DNA of 64,000 nucleotides from a virus (Duplodnaviria; Caudoviricetes): IMG/VR virus record IMGVR_UViG_3300032289_002239, positions 1 to 64,000 of that record; one strand, 5' to 3'. Shown piece by piece: positions 9,483 to 17,112 of this stretch (position 1 is its first letter; each line of letters starts with the position of its first letter). The notes under the pieces were generated by a model. It saw only the letters and a program-made list of their open reading frames with translations, ran no database searches and was not told where the DNA came from. The position numbers and the translations under genes were made by a program.

Positions 9483-9553
9483 AGCGGATAACGAGTGCTG
9501 CCCTCGTGCCTAAACCTTGGAAGGGTTTCACGCTTCTGTTACGCCATATCCGC
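9483..9553 (-). tRNA. tRNA-Gly(UCC) with atypical D and T loops
   Basis: GCGGATA/TATCCGC acceptor, U73, AAACC-CTTCCAA-GGTTT anticodon arm, ACGAG-GGCAGCA-CTCGT T arm; no encoded CCA. Confidence 0.8.
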
Positions 9554-9596
9554 AATAAAAAAACCTAACATAAGAAGCCGGATTTGTCAAGTGTTT

Positions 9597-9650
9597 GATG
9601 GAGTAAGTGTGTATATCTCATAAAGATATAACAGTGACTTACTCTCTGTC
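9597..9650 (-). ncRNA. Candidate small hairpin ncRNA
   Basis: GAGTAAGT/ACTTACTC and TATATCT/AGATATA stems directly after TTGACA-N17-TAATAT. Confidence 0.35.
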
Positions 9651-9660
9651 ATATTATATA

Positions 9661-10098
9661 TTAAAGTATTTTTGAGTGGATGTCAAGAGGGAGTTCCATA
9701 TAATCTTCTGCCAAATGAATACCATTTTTTTGATTATTTTTTGGAGCAGATAATCTTAAGTTAAATGTTTTATTACACTCTTGAGGATTTACATAATAAC
9801 ATTTATCTGTATCTGGGCAATATACGCACATTATGTCAATTTCATTTTTATCATAATCTTGAATATGCGTTCCATTTTTATCTGCCCAACAAGTTTTAAA
9901 AGGAACTTCTATCTTATCATTTTTTGCAGTTCTATATTTAACTTGTATTCTCAAAAACTTACCATTTTTGTATCCAACAAGGTCAAATGAAGAATGTTCA
10001 GTATGGGGAGTAAGAATTAAATACCCCTTCTCATACAAATCCAGTTGCGCTTTTAATACACCCAAATCTCCTTTGTTTTTAGTGTGATGCGTTCTCAT
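9661..10098 (-). CDS. PD-(D/E)xK homing endonuclease (I-Ssp6803I-like) between tRNA genes
   Basis: KGDLG...FDLV...RIQVK; upstream hairpin GTCTTATA/TATAAGAC encloses an ATAAATA late promoter. Confidence 0.75.
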   Translation of the reverse strand: MRTHHTKNKGDLGVLKAQLDLYEKGYLILTPHTEHSSFDLVGYKNGKFLRIQVKYRTAKNDKIEVPFKTCWADKNGTHIQDYDKNEIDIMCVYCPDTDKCYYVNPQECNKTFNLRLSAPKNNQKNGIHLAEDYMELPLDIHSKIL

Positions 10099-10155
10099 AA
10101 AAATAAAAATGTCTTATATTTATTTATAAGACCAACAACTTACACATATGTTAAA

Positions 10156-10228
10156 CAGGCGTACCTGGATTTGAACCAGGGATAAGGCTTTAGAAGAGCC
10201 GTGTGATAATCCACTTCACCATACGCCC
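10156..10228 (-). tRNA. tRNA-Arg(UCU)
   Basis: Canonical cloverleaf; anticodon loop CTTCTAA; T loop TTCAAAT. Confidence 0.92.
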
Positions 10229-10354
10229 AAGAGACCCTTTGGTTTGTGCTTCACTCCATAATACTCAACGCATCTGAAATTGTCAAATATTATTTTTGAA
10301 GGATAGGCATAAAGGGTAATGATGGATTAGCCGTAATATACTTCATAAGAGTAT

Positions 10355-10539
10355 ATGAACTACCACGAAATCTTTAGTTTCGCGGGTTCCTGCTTCACAG
10401 AAGTTGCCTCCAACTCGTTATGAGTTTTTGGTCTTACACTATCTCCACAGGCAGACACGGTAGTTCCTACCGCCAAGATGTTTTTAGCCGCATTTATGTC
10501 TCTGTCGTGTTTTGTTCCACAATCAGGACAAGTCCATTC
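10355..10539 (-). mobile_element. Orphan TnpB 3' end / omegaRNA and IS right end
   Basis: Closely similar to ~13370-13555; ends in hairpin + GTAGTTCAT. Confidence 0.85.
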
Positions 10540-10803
10540 CCCGTATTCATCCATAATATAGTCAATTTTTAGCTCAGAGGCAATTTCGTTAAGAGCATCA
10601 ATACAATTTTGGACTCCACTTATAAACTCTGTTTTGGATTGTTTCTGGATCTCGTTTTTCCACTGGTCAGCAACAGCTTGAAGAGCAGCAGAGATCTGTG
10701 ACCGACGAGTACCTTTAATGTCACCACATTGGACTGGGCAATTTGTCCAAGCAGCGTCCCAGACTGTCTGGGTAATAGGAGATAAATCAGTCATAATCAG
10801 CAC
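10360..10803 (-). CDS. Chimeric ORF: unrelated N-terminus fused to TnpB C-terminal tail
   Basis: ...DEYG|EWTCPDCGTKHDRDINAAKNILAVGTTVSACGDSVRPK, nearly identical to the tail of TnpB 12363-13550. Confidence 0.6.
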   Translation of the reverse strand: MLIMTDLSPITQTVWDAAWTNCPVQCGDIKGTRRSQISAALQAVADQWKNEIQKQSKTEFISGVQNCIDALNEIASELKIDYIMDEYGEWTCPDCGTKHDRDINAAKNILAVGTTVSACGDSVRPKTHNELEATSVKQEPAKLKISW

Positions 10804-11012
10804 CTCATAAGTTCGCCACCATGAATCTGATTTAACTGATTCTGGTGAGAAGGGGGACCATAAGACGGGTCGATTTCATGTTTAAAAACCAGGGCAAGAT
10901 GCTTTTCAATAAGCTCTACTTGTTCATTAGTAAGAGCCATCCCAGATTGGGCCTCGCCGCGACGAAGTTCAAAATAACCTTGTAGCCAGTAGCAAAATTC
11001 AGTTGATTTCAT
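10797..11012 (-). CDS. Hypothetical protein
   Basis: FCYWLQGYFE motif; coupled ORF. Confidence 0.6.
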   Translation of the reverse strand: MKSTEFCYWLQGYFELRRGEAQSGMALTNEQVELIEKHLALVFKHEIDPSYGPPSHQNQLNQIHGGELMRC

Positions 11013-11018
11013 AATTTC

Positions 11019-11216
11019 CTAATACTTAGTGTTATGTAATACATTTAAAAGGCGGTTCTCTTCCAATGTTAAGGCATATATTGTAGCATCCTGTTCATGG
11101 AAAAAGGTAGTCAATTTTTTATCACCATCATAAACCGCCCAATCATTACATGCACAAGTTTCGGGGTGACAATTGCAATAGTTTTGTTTGACTGTAAACT
11201 TCATAAAATAAACCAT
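11019..11216 (-). CDS. Hypothetical Cys-rich protein
   Basis: CNCHPETCAC motif. Confidence 0.55.
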   Translation of the reverse strand: MVYFMKFTVKQNYCNCHPETCACNDWAVYDGDKKLTTFFHEQDATIYALTLEENRLLNVLHNTKY

Positions 11217-11974
11217 TCGGGTGAGATTGTTTCAGGCGAGTTCCAGACAGAAACAGTAGTTCTAATAATAGGCTCAAGTGGTCTGTATTTTTCTGGAACA
11301 TCTAAGCATTGGGATGGATCAAGCAAGATCCGTTTTCTTTTTATATAGGTTCCAGATTTAAAGAAATCTGGTAGATCTTCCCAAGGATTTCCAATTTCTT
11401 TTAACATTTCTTTCATTTCGTTTCCAGTTTTATTCTGTAAATTTTTATGAGAAAAGAAATGTCTTGCATACATTGAAACGGAGTTCTTTTGAGCATCCTT
11501 AAACCTCCAAAGGAAGTTTTTATAAACGTGCTCTAAATCTGGAACAGACCAAACTCTTGCATCAAAAGTAGGGTATTGACCAACTTTTTCAGGAAGAAAT
11601 TTTTGAAGATTTGCAACAAAAAATGAGGTCGCGGTTGATGCAAGAACAGAAGTTAATTTTTGAAACTTACCTGAAAACCAGAATTCTCTATTAGAATAAT
11701 TTCCCTTATCGAGATACCAATACAGAGTAATCTCGTCTGATTGACAATAACCCAAAAGAACCTCACTTTCATTTACCAAATGTTTGGTGGTTTCAACCAT
11801 TAACTCTACAAATTTCGCATCAAAAGGTCTTTTGAGTCCTTTGGTAAATTTGCTAAAACATTTACCATCAATTCTTGCCATAAGAGGCAAAAAGGGATCG
11901 GCTTTTCTTCCGGCCTCTATTTGTTCTTGGGATTTTAGAAGATCTCCTAAACTGTCCATAAAAATTTGTCTCAC
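11201..11974 (-). CDS. tRNA-His guanylyltransferase Thg1-like 3'-5' polymerase
   Basis: RIDGKCFSKFT, YCQSDEI, FDAR, WRFKDAQKNS. Confidence 0.92.
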   Translation of the reverse strand: MRQIFMDSLGDLLKSQEQIEAGRKADPFLPLMARIDGKCFSKFTKGLKRPFDAKFVELMVETTKHLVNESEVLLGYCQSDEITLYWYLDKGNYSNREFWFSGKFQKLTSVLASTATSFFVANLQKFLPEKVGQYPTFDARVWSVPDLEHVYKNFLWRFKDAQKNSVSMYARHFFSHKNLQNKTGNEMKEMLKEIGNPWEDLPDFFKSGTYIKRKRILLDPSQCLDVPEKYRPLEPIIRTTVSVWNSPETISPEWFIL

Positions 11975-12035
11975 TTGAATGAGTATAAGACAGATTTGAT
12001 TGGAAATCCAATTTCATGGACAGTTCAAAAATTGT

Positions 12036-12209
12036 CTACTTCTCTTCGACAAAATTCTTGATTTGTTCAGCCAGGACCTGAATTTCCTCCACTGTAGGAA
12101 ATGGGGTGCACCTATGTTCCCCGGCGGTTTCTTTTTTGTTACAAAAATCGTCAGTAGCAATTAACCTGGCTTCCTGAAAAATTTGAAATCTTAATTCATA
12201 TGGTGTCAT
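12036..12209 (-). CDS. Small hypothetical protein (57 aa)
   Basis: Manual: MTPYELRFQIFQEA...FPTVEEIQVLAEQIKNFVEEK with GAGG RBS. Confidence 0.6.
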   Translation of the reverse strand: MTPYELRFQIFQEARLIATDDFCNKKETAGEHRCTPFPTVEEIQVLAEQIKNFVEEK

Positions 12210-12249
12210 TGTTTTCCTCTGTATCTGTGTGTGTTTGGCTCTGGGCCAA

Positions 12250-12269
12250 TCCGGTTATTAGGATTTGAA
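12250..12269 (-). pseudogene. 3' fragment of interrupted tRNA-Pro(UGG)
   Basis: TTCAAAT-CCTAA-TAACCGG-A: T loop, T stem and acceptor 3' strand complementary to fragment 13556-13610. Confidence 0.85.
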
Positions 12270-13555
12270 TATTTTTAATCCGCAATCCCCAATGTATTTA
12301 GGGTCGCTGATCAAAGATTAATTTTACTAAATAATTGTGTAAGTTAAATAATTTTTACCCAAGTGTTAAGACGAGGATTTAAATTTAGATTTTACCCAAC
12401 TAAAGAACAAGAAACCTTGTTGCGTCAAACACTTGGTTGTGCTCGTTTTGTTTGGAATTATTTTCTTGATTTAAGACAAAAATCTTGGAAACAAGAAAAT
12501 AAGTCATTGTCTTACTATGATACCGCAAAACTACTTACTCAACTTAAAAAAGAACCAGAATACGTCTGGTTAAATGATGTTTCTATTATTCCTTTAAGGT
12601 ATTCGATTTATGAATTAGATGGAACATATAAAAAGTTCTTCAAGGGCAATTGTGGTTATCCAAATTTTAAAAAAAAATCTGGAAGAAACTCAATAGGTCT
12701 TGACGGAAGTGCTTTTAGGGTAAAGGATGGTAAATTCTTTATTGCTAAAAATAAGCAACCTCTAAACATTAAATTTCATAGACAGCTACCACAAAATCAG
12801 GAAATCAAGTATATCTATATATCTCTTGAACCTTCCGGAAAGTGGTATGTGTCTTTTAATCTTGAAGATCTGTCTATTCAACCTCTACCCGAAAGTCAAA
12901 ATCAAATTGGAATTGACCTTGGAATAACCACCTTTGCTACAACTTCTAACGGAGACAAAATCAAGTCACCGGATCTAAAGAAGGAGTATAAAAAACTCAA
13001 GAAACTCCAAAGAAGATTTTTTAAAAAACAAAAGGATTCCAACAATAGAAATAAATCAAGACTTAAAGTCGCAAGACAGTATGAAAGAATTAGAAATATT
13101 CGTTCTAATTTTCAACATCAGGTCTCAAGAAAACTAGTCAACGAAAACCAAGTTATAGTTCTTGAAGACTTAAAAGTAAAAAACATGATAAAGAACCGCA
13201 CATTATCAAGAGCAATTAGTGAACAAGGCTGGTATCAATTCCGGTCCTTTCTTGATTATAAATGCAATTGGTATGGAAGAAAATTAATTGTTATTAACCA
13301 ATGGTATCCAAGTTCTAAAACTTGTTCTTCTTGTGGTTCTATTCAACCTAAAATGCCGTTAAACATTAGAGAATGGACTTGTCCTGATTGTGGTTTAGTT
13401 CATGATAGAGATATAAATGCGGCGAAAAATATTTTGGCGGTAGGAACTACCGTGTCTGCCTGTGGAGATAGTGTAAGACCAAAAACTCGTAAAGAGTCGG
13501 CGGCAGCTTCTATGAAGCAGGAAACCGAGAAGTCTTTGGTTTCTCGGTAGTTCAT
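12270..13555 (+). mobile_element. TnpB-only IS200/IS605-family element inserted in the tRNA-Pro T arm
   Basis: Precise excision restores the tRNA; preceded by TTGAA, ends in hairpin + TTCAT; no target-site duplication; no tnpA. Confidence 0.88.
12363..13550 (+). CDS. tnpB: RNA-guided endonuclease TnpB
   Basis: N-terminal HTH, RuvC GIDLG / LEDL / DRDINAA intact, CSSC...CPDC zinc finger; CTAAATA late promoter upstream. Confidence 0.95.
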   Translation: MLRRGFKFRFYPTKEQETLLRQTLGCARFVWNYFLDLRQKSWKQENKSLSYYDTAKLLTQLKKEPEYVWLNDVSIIPLRYSIYELDGTYKKFFKGNCGYPNFKKKSGRNSIGLDGSAFRVKDGKFFIAKNKQPLNIKFHRQLPQNQEIKYIYISLEPSGKWYVSFNLEDLSIQPLPESQNQIGIDLGITTFATTSNGDKIKSPDLKKEYKKLKKLQRRFFKKQKDSNNRNKSRLKVARQYERIRNIRSNFQHQVSRKLVNENQVIVLEDLKVKNMIKNRTLSRAISEQGWYQFRSFLDYKCNWYGRKLIVINQWYPSSKTCSSCGSIQPKMPLNIREWTCPDCGLVHDRDINAAKNILAVGTTVSACGDSVRPKTRKESAAASMKQETEKSLVSR

Positions 13556-13610
13556 CCTAAATTTTTCCTCCTCCCAAAGGAGGTGCCATACCAAGTTAGG
13601 CGATAACCGG
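13556..13610 (-). pseudogene. 5' fragment of interrupted tRNA-Pro(UGG)
   Basis: CCGGTTA-TC-GCC..GGC-A-CCTCC TTTGGGA GGAGG-AAAAAT-TTAGG. Confidence 0.85.
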
Positions 13611-13649
13611 TTCTAATCTATATAGGACAGAAGCCCCAATAAAACCCAA

Positions 13650-14354
13650 ATGATTTACGACACCGTTTTTGTTTCTGATGTCCATCTTGGAACAAATAGA
13701 TGCAATTCTAAAAAGTTTTTAAACTTTTTAGAAACGATAAAAACTAAAAAACTTATAATGGTGGGGGACATTATTGACATTCATTGTATGGAAAAACATG
13801 GAACTCCATGGAAAAAAGAGCACACTGAATGTATTCATGAAATCCTAAATCACCTAAAAAATGGAACCGAACTTATTTACATTTTAGGTAACCACGAAGG
13901 AGAAATCCGGAGATATTGTAATTTTGAGCATAAAAACTTTCAAATGGTTGATGAGTACAACCACATTGATTCTAAAGGTAAAAAGTTTTTATGTGTTCAT
14001 GGCGACAAATACTCCCAATACTCGTCTGGTTCATGGAAACAATTAATTTTCAATAAAGGGTATGAATTTATAACTCCCTTAAGTGTATGGTTAAATCGAT
14101 TTTTTAGATTCTCCTTGGTGTACTTTTTAAAAAATACCATAAACGGCAAAAAATACATAGACAAATATGAAAACGATATTACAAATTATTGCAGACAAAG
14201 AAAAGAAAATTTTGATGGTGTAATTTGTGGACATATTCACCACAACAACATAAGAAAATTTGATGACATTACTTACATGTGTTGTGGAGATTTTGTCGAT
14301 ACCTGTTCGGCAATTGTCGAACGAGATGGTGATTATTATAGCATTTACTTTTGA
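13650..14354 (+). CDS. Calcineurin-like metallophosphoesterase (LpxH-like)
   Basis: SDVHLG, GDIID, GNHE, HGD, CGHIH, GDFV. Confidence 0.88.
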   Translation: MIYDTVFVSDVHLGTNRCNSKKFLNFLETIKTKKLIMVGDIIDIHCMEKHGTPWKKEHTECIHEILNHLKNGTELIYILGNHEGEIRRYCNFEHKNFQMVDEYNHIDSKGKKFLCVHGDKYSQYSSGSWKQLIFNKGYEFITPLSVWLNRFFRFSLVYFLKNTINGKKYIDKYENDITNYCRQRKENFDGVICGHIHHNNIRKFDDITYMCCGDFVDTCSAIVERDGDYYSIYF

Positions 14355-14824
14355 TCCGGATTGACCCACGGGGCCTTTATGCCCATTTCTCCACCTAAAA
14401 GACTCTGAGCAGTACTTCCATCAGGCTCCTTATCATAAAAAACAGCATCCTTAACAATTTTCTTTTGTTCTTCAGAATAATCACCAGACTCAATCTCTTT
14501 TAAGATAGTCTCATTGAACATATTAACCGGTTCTGGTTCTTCTAATTTCTCATAATTTTCTATGGCCTTATCCACATCTCTATCAACCCTTTGATCAAGA
14601 AGTTCAGGAGTTTTTATGATGTACTCATTAAGCGTATCATCAATCCAGTCCCTTTTATAAAGTTCTCTTTGGATCTCATCAACCAAGGGCCATAGTTTAT
14701 CCTTGGGAATCTTAAACACCCTAGAAATAAACTCTATAATGGCCTCAATAAAAATACTAATCTTGGCCCAATCAAAGATAGTTCGTTTGGTTTTCATTTT
14801 TAAAAAAATCATCCTCCCAATCAT
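14345..14824 (-). CDS. Hypothetical protein
   Basis: 159-aa ORF; true start probably internal. Confidence 0.55.
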   Translation of the reverse strand: MIGRMIFLKMKTKRTIFDWAKISIFIEAIIEFISRVFKIPKDKLWPLVDEIQRELYKRDWIDDTLNEYIIKTPELLDQRVDRDVDKAIENYEKLEEPEPVNMFNETILKEIESGDYSEEQKKIVKDAVFYDKEPDGSTAQSLLGGEMGIKAPWVNPDQK

Positions 14825-14916
14825 TTATCTCATAATCACCATCATAAGGCTCCTGCATGAGTTCCTGAATCTTATAATTTAAGACCCTATTTAAAAGTAG
14901 CCGATAACTTTCCTCT

Positions 14917-15063
14917 TCAATCATCGTTCAATAATTTGTCTAATGGATCAGAACCGCCTTTTAAGATTTGGCAAGCTCGTTTGTAATACAGGTTGTTTGT
15001 GTTGCCCGATGCCTCCATAAGTTCTTTGATCTTTTTCCAATTTTCTAAAGTTTTTTCGTCCAT
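14917..15063 (-). CDS. Small hypothetical protein
   Basis: MDEKTLENWKKIKE...YYKRACQI. Confidence 0.55.
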   Translation of the reverse strand: MDEKTLENWKKIKELMEASGNTNNLYYKRACQILKGGSDPLDKLLNDD

Positions 15064-15160
15064 TTTTAGTGATCGTGTTTTTCGATAGTTTTGCGTTTCA
15101 TTAGAGAACAATCATGGCAACATAGTATATATAATTTAATAAATTTCAATAAAAACTTTA

Positions 15161-15264
15161 CTAAATAATAGTGCTTGATTTGGTCGCTCTTTTCAGGTGG
15201 GGAGATTTATTTCTCCCCTAAAAACAAAATTTACTAAATAACTATAGCGACCATAACAAAGCAG
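15161..15264 (+). ncRNA. Tandem late promoter / antisense sRNA cassette E (before TnpB2)
   Basis: CTAAATA 15161; stem GCTTGA/TCAGGT with TGGTCGCT in the loop; GGGGAGA/TCTCCCC hairpin; CTAAATA 15234; AGCGACCA in the 5'UTR. Confidence 0.65.
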
Positions 15265-16461
15265 ATGCAATTAAAAGCATATAAGTATAGAATTTATCCT
15301 ACAAAAGAACAGGAGGTTTTACTTGCTAAAACTTTTGGTTGCTGCAGGTTTGTGTGGAACAAGCTTGTTGAAAACTTTAACAATAATGATGGAACTATAG
15401 TAAATGAAAAAATTTTAAAGGACCAAGAAGAGTTTGAGTTTCTTAAAGAAGTTTCGGCTTCAACACTTCAACAAAAACATAAAGATTTTATTGAGTTTAA
15501 GAAGCAATACTTTAACAAGAAAAGAAAGACTAAACTTGGAAGACCGCAGTTCAAGAAAAAATCTAACAGACAATCGTTTAGACTACCCAATCAAAAGTTT
15601 ATTTTAGATCAAGAAAAGTCTTTGGTTAGACTTGAAAAAATAGGTTGGGTTAAGATTGTTTTAGACAGAAATATTGCAGAAAATGTGGATTTTAGAAGTA
15701 TTACAATTTCTGAAACCCCAACTGGAAAGTATTTTGTTTCTATTCTTGTTAAACAAGAAATCAATCCAATACCCTCAACTGGTAAAGTGGTAGGTATTGA
15801 TCTGGGTTTAAAGGATTTGTTCATCTTAAGTAATGGGCAAGTCATTAATAACCCTAAATGGTTTAGAGAGAACCAATCTAAACTAGCAAAACACCAGAAA
15901 CATTTAAGTCGCAAAACAAAAGGTAGTAATCGTTATAATAGACAGCGAATAAAAGTTGCTAAAGTTCACGAAGACGTAGTTAATGCAAGAAATTATTTCT
16001 TACATAATATTTCAACACAACTTGTCAAGACTTTTGATTTAATTGTTGTCGAAGACTTAAATGTTTCTGGAATGATAAAAAATCGAAGTTTATCAAAGTC
16101 CATTAGTGATGCCTCTTGGTCTACTTTTGTTTCTATGTTAGAATACAAGTGTAATTGGTACGGAAAAACTCTGGTCAAAATAGACAGATTTTATCCATCA
16201 AGTAAAACTTGTTCTAATTGTGGACATAAAGAAAACCAAATGCCTCTTTCGATAAGAGAATGGACCTGTCCTTCTTGTGGTTCTAATCACGATAGAGACC
16301 TAAATGCATCTATCAACATCCCCAAAAAAGGATGGTTAGACCTTTTGGGTCAAGAATTAACATCGGCGGATTACGTCGATTACGGACGTGGAGCGGAATT
16401 AAGACCAAATGATGTTGGACATCATTTAGCATCTGCTGTGAAGCGTCTAGAAAATCAATAG
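15265..16461 (+). CDS. tnpB: RNA-guided endonuclease TnpB (second, divergent)
   Basis: GIDLG / VEDL / DRDLNAS intact; CSNC...CPSC; 3' hairpin GAAAATCAATA/TATTGATTTTC then AT (TTCAT end at ~16479). Confidence 0.95.
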   Translation: MQLKAYKYRIYPTKEQEVLLAKTFGCCRFVWNKLVENFNNNDGTIVNEKILKDQEEFEFLKEVSASTLQQKHKDFIEFKKQYFNKKRKTKLGRPQFKKKSNRQSFRLPNQKFILDQEKSLVRLEKIGWVKIVLDRNIAENVDFRSITISETPTGKYFVSILVKQEINPIPSTGKVVGIDLGLKDLFILSNGQVINNPKWFRENQSKLAKHQKHLSRKTKGSNRYNRQRIKVAKVHEDVVNARNYFLHNISTQLVKTFDLIVVEDLNVSGMIKNRSLSKSISDASWSTFVSMLEYKCNWYGKTLVKIDRFYPSSKTCSNCGHKENQMPLSIREWTCPSCGSNHDRDLNASINIPKKGWLDLLGQELTSADYVDYGRGAELRPNDVGHHLASAVKRLENQ

Positions 16462-16465
16462 AGTT

Positions 16466-16825
16466 TTATTGATTTTCATTACTATAATGTCTCATAATTT
16501 CACCAGCAACAGAATTGGCCTCATTTTCACAATTTGATCCTGTGTCACCGGACATTTCTGCCCCTGAAATTTTCTGTTTGTAATGAACCATCTCATGAGC
16601 CAGGGTCCTAAAAACATCCAATGGATGACGGTTAGCTATTTGAATTTTAATAATATCATTCATTAAATCAAAACAACCAAAGGTTTTGTTATCAATAGAA
16701 AATTGTGGATCATTAATTACAACAATTTTTGGTAAAGAATCTAAACCAAGATAGTCCTTTACGAATTCAGTAAAGGACTGAACTTGTTTTTCTCTAGATT
16801 CCACAAGAAATTGTTTGTAAAACAT
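16466..16825 (-). CDS. Putative zincin-like metallopeptidase
   Basis: RTLAHEMVH (HExxH) and ENEANS; last codons supplied by the TnpB2 right end. Confidence 0.65.
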   Translation of the reverse strand: MFYKQFLVESREKQVQSFTEFVKDYLGLDSLPKIVVINDPQFSIDNKTFGCFDLMNDIIKIQIANRHPLDVFRTLAHEMVHYKQKISGAEMSGDTGSNCENEANSVAGEIMRHYSNENQ

Positions 16826-16837
16826 TTTTAATTCTAT

Positions 16838-17074
16838 TTAGCGAATCTCAAAGTCTAATTTTTTAACCCCACGCTTTTTCCTTTCTTCCTGCCACATAAG
16901 ATCGGAATTTGTCAAATACTTATTAGGAGCTTTTTCATAAGATTCTATCATAACAATCTGTGCAAGATCCAAAGCCGTTATTTTATCATTATGGATAGAT
17001 GCCATGTTAGGGCACCCGCATGAGCCAGAACCATGTACCTCATTACCGCACATTCTGCATCTAATTTTAAGCAT
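16838..17074 (-). CDS. Small Zn-finger-like hypothetical protein
   Basis: CRMC...SCGCPN. Confidence 0.6.
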   Translation of the reverse strand: MLKIRCRMCGNEVHGSGSCGCPNMASIHNDKITALDLAQIVMIESYEKAPNKYLTNSDLMWQEERKKRGVKKLDFEIR

Positions 17075-17077
17075 AAA

Positions 17078-17110
17078 AAATACCTCAAGTTTTTAAACCT
17101 GAGGTATTTA
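17078..17110 (-). terminator. Intrinsic terminator after NAMPT
   Basis: AAATACCTCA/TGAGGTATTT hairpin followed by a T run. Confidence 0.6.
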
Positions 17111-17112
17111 GA

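Noticed and set aside
12270-13555. IStron (self-splicing) interpretation of the element in tRNA-Pro
   Set aside because: No group I P/Q/R/S core, only ~90 nt of non-coding left end, and tnpB is antisense to the tRNA.
13400-13594. 64-aa minus-strand ORF over the tnpB end
   Set aside because: Overlaps the omegaRNA and tRNA-Pro fragment; spurious.
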